Source: Balamuthia mandrillaris
Lineage: Eukaryota
Direction: 5' to 3'
DNA: 64,000 bases
Assembly (NCBI GenBank): GCA_031835245.2
Contig: JAVKOQ020000009.1
Location: 1 to 64,000, forward strand
Shown: piece after piece, positions 23,903 through 37,574 of the stretch
Layout: each line of letters begins with the position of its first letter
Numbering within the stretch: position 1 is the stretch's first letter
Program-made: the position numbers and the translations under genes
Notes under the pieces: generated by a model
Told to the model about the DNA's origin: nothing
What the model saw: only the letters and a program-made list of their open reading frames with translations
The model's database searches: none

Positions 23903-26900
23903 ATGTCTGGTACATGGCCCATCTGATTTTTGTTCCTTGGTACGTTCTAACCATACCATTACTCTTCCTTCTTTGTTTGGCCATAGTTCATAGTTGGGGA
24001 ACCGGAAAGTTGGGAGAGCTAGGAGCTGGGGAACACCAAGAAGCCCTGGACCCGCTCCTCCTGGAATACTTTCGTGGCAAACGCATCTGCTCCGTCAGCT
24101 GTGGAGAGCAACACTCCCTTGCTGTGACCGACACCGGAGATGTATACGTATGGGGCCGAGTGAGAGAGGTAATTTCTTTTCGCCCATTCCCTTTTTCACC
24201 CCTCTCTGTGTGTTCAGCTCTTTTCCTTCGCTTTCTCTTTGGTAACACACCTTACTTCAACACAACAATAGGGGCAATTGGGGAATGGAGAAAGGATGCC
24301 GTTCGTATCGCTTCCAACGCAGGTATGGACGCTGCGCCACGAGCGTGTCACGATAGCCACCTGCGGGTGGTACCACAACATGGTGGTAACCCAGTCGGGC
24401 AATGTCTACCAGTGGGGCAAGCTCTTCAAGTACGATGAGGACGCCAAGACGAGGGAGTACTTTGGCATGGCCGTCCGCCTCTCCGGCCTCGGGGAGGACA
24501 CGCAGCGAGAGCAGACCAAGCAGATGCTCGACCGCTCCCTCCATCAGTACTATGCTGCGGATAGCAACCCGGAGGACTGGAAGGAGAGCCAGCAGGTCCA
24601 AAACTTTGGTCGCTTCACTCCCTACCTGCAGAGCACGCCGGAGCTGGTGCGATGGCCCTTTGGCCCTGGCCAGAAGCGAAGGATCACGTCGATAGCGGCT
24701 GGGTACTCCTTCTCCATTGCCGTCACGGACCAGGGCGAGGTCTATGCCTGGGGCTTCAATGATAAGTGCCAGTTGGGGTTAGGACATCGTTACAGTCAGC
24801 CTATCCCGCAGAGAATCACCTCCTTGGCCAACGTCCGCATAGTGGCTGCTGCCTGTGGACAACAGCACACGGTCTTGCTTTCTGATCAGGGCGAGGTTTG
24901 GAGCTTTGGTTTGTTTCTCCTTCTTGTCTCTGTTCATCTTTCTTTTTCTTCAGCGTTTATCTTCTGCTTTTTCTTACGGGTTGAGTTTTGTTTTTTTGGT
25001 TCACAATGAAGGTTTGGGAGTGTTTGGCCAGTTGGGGCATGGACAAATCCACAGCGAGAGTAGACCAAGGAGGATAGAGTCTCTGATGCCTCCCGAAGAA
25101 GGCTACCCTGAGAGACAAGGAGAGCGCATTGTACAAGTAGCATGTGGATCTCATCATACATTGGCCTTAGGTGTAAGCGGTGTGGTTTGGACTTGGGGAA
25201 GTGCTGAGTATGGCCAACAGGGAGGCACCAACGCTTACGAGGATTGGGCAACTGGTTAGTGTTCTTTCTTCCTTTCTTTCCTGCTTAGTGCTTAGTTACT
25301 TCTTTCCTCCTCCTAACTCGCGTTTCAAACAAAAAACATAATAACAGAACGTGCTGGTAAATCAGCAATGCTCGTGAACTCTACTCCTAGGCGACTGGCA
25401 GGTGCTTTTCATGGAAAGCATGTGTGCAAGATCACCTGCGGCCATCTGTACAACGTAGCATTGACTGTCGATGGAGGCGTTTGGACTTGGGGCTGGGGAA
25501 GGTACGTTTGTATTCCGTTTAGCTATTGCCCACTTGTGTTTAGTATTTCTCTTCTATTTTACTAATTTCATTTTGTGTTGATATTTATTTTTATAGCTAC
25601 GGGGTTTTGGGACATGGTAACCATCGATTCCAACTTGTGCCCAAGCAAATAAGAAGGCTCGGAGGAGAGCAGATCACTTTCGTTTCAGCGGGCTCCAAGC
25701 ATTGCCTTGCTGTTAACGCTGGTTCCTCTACCACCTATGCGTTTGACTTTAAGCTCGCCCTCAATAACCCCAAGTTTTCTGATCTTACTTTCGTATGTGA
25801 AGGCAAACGCTTTTATGCTCATAAGGTTTACTCTCTCTTCCTTCCCCATTGTATTTTTCTCTCCTCTCTTTTTGCTTTGCTCATGCCGATTCTCCATTCC
25901 TATAGGCGATAGTTTTCCCTCGTTCCTGGTACTTAAAGGCAATGGTTCTTCTGTCCAGCCGCTTCCGCCCTGTTTCCAAACTTGAAGGAGAAGAACAGTC
26001 TGGTGCTGCTTCTTCGGCCAAAACACAAGAGGAAGAAGTGATAGCCATAAAGGGAATGCGTCACCAGATCTTTGCAGCCATTTTGTTCTACCTTTACACC
26101 GATCATCTTCGCGTAGCTCCTCACATGGTGGAGGCCGTTCTCAGAGTTGCCAGACGTTACCGCCTGGAGCGCTTGCAGGGTCTTTGCCAGAGCCTGCTAC
26201 TTACAGAGGAAGAGGCGCAGACCTTCAAACCTCCCCCCTCTGCCTTCCATGATGACATGCTCGCTGCTCTTGCTTCTGCTGAAACGGCCGACGTCGTTTT
26301 TCAACTCACCAACAATACCGATGAAGAAGGAAAGGATAGCACGCCAACTGTGACGAATATCTACGCACATCGCATCATCCTGTCTTCTCGCTCCGACTAT
26401 TTCAAGCGTATCTTTATGGGCTCCTTCAAAGAGAGCTGCGATGGGCTCAACATGATCACGTCACAAAAAGGCGGCAGTCACAAGAAACATCAACAGCTGG
26501 TCACTGTTCCCATCGAGGACATGTCCCCAAAGATCTTCATCGCTATGCTCGAGTACATCTACGCTGGACGAGTTTCTTCTTCGTCGCCATCATCTCCTGA
26601 AGAAAAGCCAATTCAATCGGCTAAAGGCAAAGAGAAAGAGAAAGAGAAAGAACAAGAAAAAGAAAATGAAGACGAGGAAACAGAAGCAGCCCCAAGCGAG
26701 TACAACATCCGTGGAGATATAGTTGTGGAATTGCTGATGGCTGCTGATCGTTTCCTTCTGGATGATCTTAAAAAGATTTGCGAGGCTGAAATCGAAAAGT
26801 CGCTAGACATGGACAACATCTGTTACGTATTGGAGCTGAGTGACCGTACTTCTGCCCCGCGTTTGAAGAGAGTCTGTCATGAGACCATCCCTACCTACTG

Positions 26901-27099
26901 GCGTTTGGGATGGAAGTCTTTCGTGGAATCTAAGCCTTGTCAGGACCTCAAAGCTTCTGCTCCGCATCTGCTGCAAGAGCTGGAACCGTTGTTTGGTGAT
27001 ACAGAGCAGCTGCAGAAGAAGGAAGAGGAGAAAGAGAAAGAGAAGCAAGTGGAAGAGACCGACGAGGATTCTCCTCCTCCACTTGTTTCCGCATCGTGA
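23903..27099 (+). CDS. RCC1-repeat + tandem BTB protein (RCBTB/IBTK-like; multi-exon, start inferred)
   Basis: Repeats VHSWGTGKLGELG, SCGEQHSLAVT, VYAWGFNDKCQLG, ACGSHHTLAL; BTBs FSDLTFVCEGKRFYAHK and ADVVF..IYAHRIILSSRSDYF. Confidence 0.9.
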
Positions 27100-27649
27100 G
27101 AACCATTGGTTCTCCCTCTCACCGGGTATGTGTACACACCATCACTGCACGTTTTTCTCTTGGTATTATTGCATGTAATTGTTTTTTTTATGGTCAAAAA
27201 ATGAAATACTCTCTTGCACGATGGGAATGAAGGCTTGTTTTGGCGGGAAACGTGCTCGTTGGCCCAAAACCATTATGCTTCGGCCTCGGCCCACCTTAAT
27301 CAAAATTTCTGTGCAACGAGGCGGAAAATCGAGGAGCCAATCCACAACCAAGTCATAAAGTCACCATCCAATCATAAATCAATAGTTCAACAAAACAGCA
27401 AATGATTTCGCTGAGTTTTAGGCGTCTTGCCTTTTTTACGTTGGACGACACCAAAAAGGGCAGACCACCTTTAGGAGCAAGGAAGATTTTAGGTGGCCGC
27501 CATTTGGGGAGTTCTGCATTTTTCTTTTAAAGAGAGAAATTTGTCATTTAAAAAGAACAACAGCCCTCTCCACCTCCCCTCCCCACCTCCTCCTCCACCT
27601 CCACCCATTCACGTTCCCCAAGGCTCCCATTCCCCCATTGCAACAAGAA

Positions 27650-28841
27650 ATGCAAGCCGCTCGTAGGACTTTGTGGAGTGGTGGCGTAGCCTCTGGCCCG
27701 CCGGCTCGTCTTCGCCCCATTCTTTCTTCTGTCGGTCCTGCTGGTGCCTCTTTCCTCTCCGCTCCGCTCAAGAGGACGTATGTGGACCCCACTACTTTTG
27801 TCAACCAGCAACAAACCCACCTGAGGCCTTCCTCTGAAACCTCTGCCGCCTCCTCTGGTGACTTTGCTTCAGCCACCACCTCCACCGTTTTTGGTGGACT
27901 GGACGGTTCAGCTGCTCCTCTTCTCCACGAGGAGACCCCTCCCCCTCCGTTCTTCACGCCCTACCAACTACAGCCTCGAATGGTTCCTGGCAAGGACTCC
28001 AAAGAGGACATGTTCAGGCGCTTCACCGACAGAGCCACTTACTGGGAGACCACTTTGCCGGTGGAGAGGTCCAAGTCCTTGCTGTCGGATGCCTACACGG
28101 TGCCAGAGTACTTTGAGCTGGAGAGGGAACGTATTTTCAAAAGAACATGGATGTGCGTCGGCTACACTTCTGCTTTGCAAAATGGTTCGTACTCGTTCGT
28201 CATGTTCTTAGTGGGTTTAACTCACGTTATTCTCATTTCCCTGTTCTTTTATTTGATACTTCTCGTTTCTGTTCGCTTTTCTTTGCTCTTCTCGTTCTTT
28301 CTTCTTACCTGTTGTCTTCACGTGCAGTTGGAGACACAATAACGGTGGAAGTAGCGGACCAGCCTATCATCATTACGAAGAATAAAGAAGGAGAACTGAA
28401 AGGGTATTTCAATGCATGCCGCCACCGTGGTTCCAAAGTGGTTACCAAGGATGGAAATTATCGCATGTTTGCCTGCCCCTACCATTGTTGGACCTACAAT
28501 TTGAATGGCAAGCTCATCGGCACTTCCCTTTTTAACCAAAAGCGAAAGCATAAGGTTTCGACCTTCTTTTTCTTGTCGTTCCTCTTGTTTGGAGACTCAT
28601 TTCACCTTTCGTTTCCGTAGTTGGACCAAGAGGCGTATGGTCTATTTCCGGTGGATGTGGATCGTTGGGGTCCATTTGTTTTCGTCAACTTGGATCCATT
28701 GAACAAAATGTCGTTGCACGAATACTTGGGTGACCTACCCACTCGGTACAAGCAATTCTTCGAAAAAAAAGATGGCAAAGAGCACAATTGGAAACTAGTC
28801 AGACACAAAAACTATGATGTAAGAACGCATCCCTCTCTTTC

Positions 28842-28873
<32 letters not shown>

Positions 28874-29781
28874 CTCTTTGCGTCTGACAAATGTGTAATC
28901 ATTCAAAAGGTAAACGCCAATTGGAAGAATACTGTAGAAAACTTCAACGACTACTATCACTTAAACTGGATACATCCAAGGCTGGCCACCACCTCCACCA
29001 TCGCAGCTCATATCCCTCTGCAAGGACCTGGCATGTACGCTGGCTTTGGCACGGTACCTCTTAGCAACGGCAACACGCCTGCAGACTATGACTTTCTTCC
29101 CGCCGTGGACACCTTGTCCTCCTACGACGCCAAGAACGCCTACTTTGTACACATATTCCCCAACATTTCTCTCTTTCTCCTTCCCCATCACATCTTCTCT
29201 CTGGTGCACTTCCCGAAGGCCGTTGATAAGACGCTCGAATCGGCTGATCTGCTTATGACTGATGAAACCCTCTCCCCTCTGCCTGGAAAGGGTATCCCTG
29301 ATTTCGTTTCCAACCTTCTCTCTTTTCTTCCTCTTTCTTCTCTTTCTTCTCTTTCTTCTCTTACTTCTCTTACTTTTATTGACGAAAAAACGCCTTTTCC
29401 CTCCCCCTTCTTTGCCTTTCCCATCCCCTTCTTTGTTCTTTCTTTTTTGTGTTTGTTCTCGCCTTCCTCTTCCCCTCTTCATTCTTTCCGCCACCACAAA
29501 CAACAGAAAACAACAGTAAGGTCGACGAGATCTTTCAGTTCTGGGATACGGTGAACGTAGAGGACGTGTTGGCTGTGGAGGACGTACAGAAGGGTCAACA
29601 GAGCACAGCCTACGTGGCAGGCCCCTTCTCCCACTTTGAGGCACTGATCCATCGCCTTCAGAACATGGTGATCGACTCTGTGACCACCGCACAACCCCTC
29701 TCCCAACAGACCGCCTTTGCCAAGTACTTTGACAAGAAGCAGTGCGACATCCTCAACGCGGAGATGGATGCCACCGACTAA
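27650..29781 (+). CDS. Rieske non-heme iron oxygenase alpha subunit, choline monooxygenase/CntA-like (multi-exon)
   Basis: NACRHRG..CPYHCWTYNLNG Rieske motif; ANWK..ENFNDYYHLNWIHP mononuclear Fe ligands; VNVEDVLAVEDVQKG. Confidence 0.9.
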
Positions 29782-29785
29782 GCTC

Positions 29786-29832
<47 letters not shown>

Positions 29833-30019
29833 TTTTGGTGGGGTACTTCCTTTCTTGTCACCACTTTCCTTTGTCATCCGTGTGCACATTCTGTGATGTT
29901 ACTGCATGTACTATGCTGATAGTGGAGAGGTGTTTGGTTCAGTTTAGCCTGTTTAATCGTTTTTACTTTTTTTTGTAACAATTCACCAAACATTATCTCC
30001 ATCCTCTTTTTGCTTTCAG

Positions 30020-30055
<36 letters not shown>

Positions 30056-30101
30056 TGAAAAGCGAATCGAAGTCTGAAAAAAAAAGGGGGAAAAAACCTG
30101 T

Positions 30102-32768
30102 TTATTGCGAGCTCAAGATACGTTGCAGGCGTTGTTGCGCTTCAGCAGTGCGTCGAGCACTGTCTTGCACAGTGGGGAACTTCATCAACGAGGTCAAACG
30201 GAACATGTGATACTTCCACTTCTTCTTTCTGGCGAGCTCCAGTTGCTCAATCTCTTTCAAGGTGAGACCCTCCGTATCGATGGGCTGTTCCATGAGGACG
30301 TGGTCGTACTCGTACTCCTCCTCCGGAGGGAGCATCGGTGCGGAAATGAGGTTGCGGGTGGGCGTGTGGAGGTCGTCCAGAGGAACGAACTGCGGGTCCG
30401 CCATAAAGGCCTCCTTCAGCAGCTCTCTAAAGATCATTTTGGCGTGTTGTGCGTTTTGTTCCTGTGTTGGTTGTGTATTTTGTGCGTTATTTTTTCAGTC
30501 GTATAGCACAATTTAAATATATTAGGAGAATGCGGGGGAGGAAAAAGAAAAGAGAACCTTGGTAGGTTGTCTGTCTGCGACAATAGTGAGTATTCCAGTG
30601 GAAGGGTCGTAGCGAGGGCCAACTAAGGATACGAGTCGCTGCTCGACAGCGGGCTTGAGGCCAAGCAACGGCACTAACACCTTTAAACGGATTTTGCGTT
30701 CCAAAAAGTTCCTGCGCCCAAGGCTTCCTACCGCCACATCAGCGCTGTTCGAGTAGAACTTGGTGATGACAAAGGGGTAGACGTCTTCTCGTTGTTGGAA
30801 GACCTGCCCAGAGTAGGTCTCCGCTTTGTAGGACCCCATCATAGCGAGCCGGTAATGATGACTTTGTTCGAATGCAGCGACAGTATCTGAGTCCTCGCCT
30901 TGCGAGGTGGAGTCATGGTCGTCGTGGTCTTCGTCATCGTCTTCTGCTTCGTCGTCAAAGTCCGCGGGGCTAAAACTGTCTTCGTCTTCTTCTTCTTCTT
31001 CTTCTTCATCCTCTTCAAACTCATCAAAGGGTACTGTTCCATAGTCCTCGTCTTCATCAAGATAGTAGTCTTGCTCGCCGAATTCATTTCCAAAGCCGCT
31101 GTCGTCGGTAGGGGCATCCGCGTCCAAGCCTCCTTCTTCATCGTACGCATCAAACATTTCCCTGGCGCTTTCCTCACTCGCCTTTTTTTGTACTAGGGCA
31201 TCTTTCTTCGCCCGTGTTTCAGCTCGTTGTTTTCTTCGAAACATGCGAGCAATATCCTTTTTCGTAATTACGTCTAATTCTTCTTCATCTGCTTCTTCTA
31301 CCTCGTCTACTTCTAGTCCCTCAAAATCTTCCACATTGCTTTCTAACTCGTCCTCTTCAAGTAGTTCTTCATCATCTTCTGCATTTTCTATTTCTTTGGG
31401 TGTGGCTTGCGTGAAGGGAAAAATATCAGATCGGGCTGATTCTTTTGGGATGTTCCGAAGGTCAGATATCAGGCTGTCCAGATTCATGTCTCCGTCCGAG
31501 ACAGCAGCGCTGCTTTCATTACTCTTATCCGTCACCTTAGAGATCAAGTCAGAGAGCAAGGCATGTTCTTGCTTTCGCTCGCCTAGCGTTCTCTGCCCAT
31601 CCTCCAGGGGGCCGCCCTCCTCCAAGTAGCCAATCTCAAGGGAAGATCGAGAGGCCTTGGTAGCGTTGACGTCCTTGCCATCCCAGTCCGGAACGTCAAA
31701 GCCATGCCGCGCCAGCTGCAGCTTGAGGTGACGTATCCTGCGGCTCTTCTGCTTCTCTTTCTGGTAGAGGCCGAGAGCCTCCTGGTAGTCACGGGCATAC
31801 ATCTCGGCCAGGGCTGGGTGTTGTTGGCGTAGGGACCTAAGGAGGGAACGCTGCTCGGGAGGGAGAGAGTCCTCCGCGTCCATATCCGTGTCAAAGTTGT
31901 GTATCCAGTGCTCGAGGGGATCCATCTCATCGATGCGTTGGTAGAGGCTCATGCCACCTTCCCAGTCCTCTGGGTTGTAAAAGTCCGTGAAGCCGGTGGC
32001 GTAGGGCATAAGGGAGAGGTTGAAGCGGCTCTCTTGCATGGGCGCTTCCCCACTCAGGTGTTTATCTTCTTGCTCGAACCGCTTGTTGATGGCAAAGATC
32101 TTGCGCTTGAAGTAGTCGTCGTCGGGGAGGTCCTCCAGCATGTCCAGCTCCTGTTGGAGCTCTTGCAGCAGCTCCTTAATGGGGGTGGCGATGTCTTGCT
32201 CCTGCGCCTCCAACACCTTGGGTAGCAGCGGGTATACCTTCTTGCTCTGCACGTGCTCATGCCACCAGCGGCGCAGCCTCTCCTGGTTTAGCCTGAAAGG
32301 GGTCGGCACGGGAGGGTTCGTCAGACGCTCCAGCCTTCGCTCTTTTCGCCGCCCCCGCCTCTCCTCCAGTCTCGCTCGCACCGCTTCCTCGTAGACCTGC
32401 TTGTAGCGTTGCAGGAAGGGCCGCTCAAAGGTGCGAAGAAAGAGCGCCAGCTGCTCCTCCGATTTCTCTTCCTTGATTCGTTTGACCCGCTCACTGGAGA
32501 ACGGCACTCCCGCCAGCTTAAAGTACTGCGGCAGCTCACCTTGCCGTCGCGTTCTTCTCAACACCGACTCCGTCGCTGGTGAGGAGGAGGTTCGATTTGA
32601 AGGGGCGGCTGCTGCTGTGGCGGCGGCGGCCGGAGTAGTGGAAGAGAGGCCTCGGCCGTTCACCGCCGTGAACAAAAGCCGACTTGATGCCCGTTCGTGA
32701 CTCGCTGCTACCGCTCCACTCCTGGGAAGCTGAGCTCCTCCCCGTCCCACGGCCAAGGCTCTCCACAT
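30102..32768 (-). CDS. MRPS35: Mitochondrial small-subunit ribosomal protein mS35-like with long acidic extension (2 exons)
   Basis: ERKIRLKV..LGL..RLVSLVGPRYDPSTGILTIVADRQPTK-EQNAQHAKMIFRELLKEA (MRP-S28 domain pattern); R/S/A-rich presequence. Confidence 0.8.
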
Positions 32769-33004
32769 TTCTGTTCCGCTGTTCCCTCGTCCCTCCCTCC
32801 CTGCTTCTTGTGCTCCTCTTCTCTCTTTCTCGCCCTTTTTTTTTTTGTGGGCAAATTACTGTGGGACGCCCCTCAAGCAGAAATTGTCCGCAAAAAATAA
32901 GGGAGTGATTAAAAATTGCAGTCGTTCGGCGTCGAACTCCCAACCCCGAGGGTGGAAGAAATTCGACGTGTCGACACAAAACGCGAAAGAGAGAAGAAAG
33001 CTGA

Positions 33005-33547
33005 ATGGACCACCACCACGAAGAGGGGAGTGGCCGCCCGCTGGCAGAGGCTGCCCAGCTGCTCTCATCTGAGGAAGAACCTTTGCCCCGTGGCACCACC
33101 GTAAGAGGGGTAGCGGCCACTGTACACCATGGTGCTGAGGAGCAAGTGGACGAGCAAGCAGAAGAGGAGCCTTCTCCTCCAGCCACCAAAGAGAACGCCT
33201 TTGCCAAGATGCTCCATGAGGCTGTCGCTTCGTTGAACGACCAGAGTGCTGCAAGTGCTGTTCCAACCTCATCCCTCGACACTTTCCAGCTAAGCAAGGC
33301 CGCAGCAGCCCACATTTTGCGGGCTGTGGACGTGACCAGCCACCGTCTCAAAGGGCAGATCAGCAGCGAGCTGAAAGGCAACTATGAGGAGTTCACTGAT
33401 GCCATGCACCACGTCGCCTCTTTAAACAACGAAACAAATGCTCTCTCTGCACGTCTGAACGCTTTGACAGAGCGAGTTCGACAACCTCAGGTTTGTTCTA
33501 GTTCCTCTTCCTCTCCTCTTGTTCTTCTTCTTGTTCTTCTTCTTCTT

Positions 33548-33621
<74 letters not shown>

Positions 33622-34058
33622 CGTCTTCTTAGCCTTTCTTTTTGTATTTTCTTCTGTTCTTCTCCTTCTTCCTCCCACCTTACTGCTAGTGTGATATATA
33701 ACTAAAGCAAACAAATGGTCTACAGACGGGACTCCATGCTCTGTTGGTGAGCCCGTTGTTGAAGCGCCAAAACATACAACAAAACATTACCACAACACAA
33801 GTATTGCTGTCCATACTTTCAATTCTTAAACAGGTATTTCTCACTATCTATTCTCTATGCTTTTGTTCTCCTTATTGGTCCTCTGGGTACTTGCTTTCTT
33901 ACTGGTCTCTTGCAAATAAAAGTTTCAAGAAGAATTACAACAATACAAAGCAGCATTAGCAGCAAGAGATTACATCACAACTTCGCAATCACTTTCAACT
34001 ATGGTATGTATTTGCTTTGAAGCATCTTGTTTTTATCCTTCTTGCTTGCCCTCACCGG

Positions 34059-34098
<40 letters not shown>

Positions 34099-37000
34099 TA
34101 CTAACCTGTGTTATCAGGACGATTTGTTGACTGAAGTGGAACAGAGCATGCAAAGCAATACTGGCGCTGCTATTGACGCCAAGATTTTACATGTTATCAA
34201 GGTTTTTCTTCTTCGCTCTTCTTCCTCCTCTCCTCTATCTGCGCTATATTTTGGTTCTAATCCAACCTTTACGTTTTTGTGCGTTACAGAAGAGGCATGA
34301 TAGGCGAAAAGAAAGACTAAGAGATGCGCTTAAGCAACTGCTGAAACAAGTTGTATCCATTCAACTGCTGCGCCTCGAAGTACAAACAAAGGCCTCCATC
34401 ACACCAAACAAACAAAAAACAGACAAAGAAGATGAAGACGAAGATGAAGATGTAACAGCAAGAGATGAGGCTCAACTACGGATCCATGATAAAGACACAA
34501 AAGAAGCAGAAAAGGACAACATGGGAGAGCCCTCTATATCGATAAAGGACATCTTTCTTGCAATGCGCTTTCTACCAGCTTCTACGAGTGATGGTAGTAG
34601 GAAGCATACCATTAACGACTCAGAATCCGAGACCAAATCCAGTAGCGAAACCACCCCAGCCTATTTACTAGATCAGGTGATGGGTGAGCTTGTAGAAGAC
34701 TTAGACAGACATCTCTTCTCTCCTTTGCTGCCTACATTAGATGACGAATCCACGTCGGACGCTGGACCTGCTGTACGACGATCGCTTCGAATGAAACAAC
34801 GGAAGCCACCAAGTGGTCTCACAGGCTGTTCTTTTGCGGTAAAGCAACCATTCCTCGTTCAAATTGCGGACGAAAGAGAAAAAGGCTTGTTGGTGCTGAC
34901 GTGTACGCAACAACCTTCAAGCAACTCTTCGAAGAGTGGCTCCGGAAGTAAGAATTCGGAACAGGCACAACAGACGATATACAACGCCATTGGTACCTTT
35001 CTGTTCGTCCCCATTTTGCTGCTTCTCTTAGTGTGTGTGTGTGTGTGTATTTGTTAATGCTATTGTTTGCATTGTTAACTCTGTGAACAAAACATGCAGA
35101 GCAAATATTGGAGCAAATAGCAAAAATCTTGCAATTTCTACACGAACAGTTGTTTGATAGCGATCAAGAGCTAACAAGACGGTTCGGAGCTGTGTTGTGG
35201 CCTTCTCTTCGTAAAACTCTAATATCCAAAGCGCTTGCTCCAACCATACCACCAAACACTGCCCATCTCGCTGACTACGAACGTTCCCTTACGAAGTTTA
35301 CTCATAGCTTTGAAGAGCAGCTTCGATCCTTTTACATCATTCCTGCCCTTGACAATGAGGAGGAGAAAGAGTATGAGCAAAAGGGTTCCATTGGCACTCT
35401 CACCTTCTTTGTACAGAACATAGACACTCACTTTGCGTTGAAGAAACGACGAGATCTTTTGCACAAGGCACGAACTCTATTTTTGAGTCAAAGCCACAAC
35501 ACCATTAGTGCTGCTGACTATGTGCCTTCCACCTTACAAGGAACAGAGAAGCATATTTCTGATCTCTCTATAGGTGAGCTATCTTTCATTCTCTCTTCTC
35601 TTCTCTCTTCTCTTCATCGTGCTCTTCTCTTCTCTTCTCTTCATCGTTCTCTTCTCTTCTTTTCTTTACCCCAACTTATTTCTTACTTCTCCTTTCTCTT
35701 TCTCTCGCACTATGTCTGCCATTTCAAAGCGGAGAAACAACAACTAAGTAAAGATCGACTTGGAGTTCTCCTTGCATCTCCTATCGTGGAGGATCAATGC
35801 GAAGAGGCGGATGACTTTTTCTTCAGATTTCCCTCTTGCCAAATCAGCGAAACGGTTGTAGCTTTAATGGACACTGCTCATGAAACTCTCTCTGAAGCTG
35901 CTCGTTTGATTTGCTCCGCTCCCAACTGGTTCGCTTGTTTTGCCGTCATTCCGTTATATTCGTGTATCCGTATTTTTCTCAACTGTTCTCTTTTTACAGC
36001 GCTGCTACGCTCCAGCAAACAGCACGAGAAATATTCGATTTGTATCGGGTGTTGGTGCCAGCTGCGCATGCCTCATCCCTAGAAAATGTGCCAGCATTAA
36101 GCATGATCTTTCACAACGATTGCATGTTCATTGCCCACAGCCTTCTGACCTTTGAATATCCTTACCGTGCCAGGTATTTCTCCTCCGCCTCTTCCTTCTT
36201 GTTATTCTTCTGTTTTCCTGTTCTTCTTCCCTTGTCGGCTTCTATCGTTCTGAAATATTTTTTTCTCGTTTGGGACAAGCAAGACTTTCGACTGGAAAAC
36301 AAAAGCCTGTATCATTTTTGGACATGGTTCCCATGTTTCAACACCTAGCACAAACATTTTACTCTCTACAAATGGTACTTCCTCTTTTCCCGTTCTTCTG
36401 TTTTCTTTATCTGTTTTTGACAACACTCAAACAAATAACCAAAACTTCAGCACAAACAACATACAATTTTGTTAGAGTTAGTGAATGAGGCGAAGGGTCT
36501 TCACGATACTCATGTACGTAACTTTTTTTTTTCTGCTCATCTATCCATATTTATCATCCTTCAAAAGATGGAAAAAATGAGGATCTCTCTATTTTTTCCT
36601 TTTGTGAAATCTTTGACTTAACGTTTTCTGTAACTTTGATCAGAGATACGCACGAATGGAAGTTGTCGAAACAACGTTCAAACGGGTCAATCATCATCTC
36701 TCTCACATCTCGAAAGTGTGGAAGGTTTGCTCTCATCCTCCTTGGTTTCTCTGTTCTCTTTAGTCTCTCCTCTCTTCCTATGAGCAAAAAATAAGGTTAA
36801 ATGACATTTGAACCAAAATGTTATTACCATCATAATTAGCCGATAATGCCCCTTCACGTCTTTCTGCAAGCTTTCGGCGGTCTCCTGGACACAGTGCTTC
36901 TCGCTTTGATAGAACAGCTTAAAATGCTGAAAGACATTTCGGAGGACGAGACGCACAACCTCCATTACCTCTTCTCCACTCTTTTCGTCCACCAATCCGC

Positions 37001-37349
37001 CTTTCGCCTCACCTCTTCGGAGCGCAAGGCTCTCGGACAGATGGAAAACAGCCGCAAGCGCAGGGAACACAACAAAGAGGAACAAGCAGAAAGGGCAGCA
37101 GCCGGTGGAGTGCGAGACTATGTCTTGCATTGGGACAAGTTTGTTCACCTCACCAACATCCTGGAGGCCAAGATGGTGGATATCGTGGAGGACTGGCGCA
37201 AAGGAAAGCTGCCAGATTTCACAGCGGCAGAGGTGATGGCGCTGATCAAGGCCCTGTTTTCCGACAGTCCGCTGCGGAGACAGCAGTTGACTGTCCTCTC
37301 TCAACCCGTCTCAAGCGCGTATCCAGCCAAAGACCCTCTTTTTGGTTAA
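33005..37349 (+). CDS. ZW10: Centromere/kinetochore protein ZW10 (multi-exon)
   Basis: FRFPSCQISE, SMIFHNDCMFIAH, WDKFVHLTNILEAKMVDIVEDWRKGKL..FTAAEVMALIKALFSDSPLR. Confidence 0.9.
33548..33621 (+). repeat. (GTT)n microsatellite in ZW10 intron 1
   Basis: Direct reading. Confidence 0.95.
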
Positions 37350-37499
37350 TAAGATCAATCAGCACAAATCTCCACAATCTCGCCCATGCTGCTGTCCTTC
37401 TTTTTTTGCATCGGAATAAGATTTGCCGGTTGTTAAACCTTTAATGGGCATGGATACAGATCGTATTTACCTTAAGGGGATATGTTCGATTAGGATTGG

Positions 37500-37574
37500 T
37501 TGACTTTTTCGGAGTTTGTTCGAACTCCAGTCATTAACAGTCAAAATTTCCACTTTCCTTACCAAATTTGGTCA
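37500..37574. promoter_or_regulatory. W-box cluster upstream of the WRKY gene
   Basis: TTGACT 37500-37505, AGTCA 37529-37533, AGTCAA 37539-37544, GGTCA 37570-37574. Confidence 0.5.
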
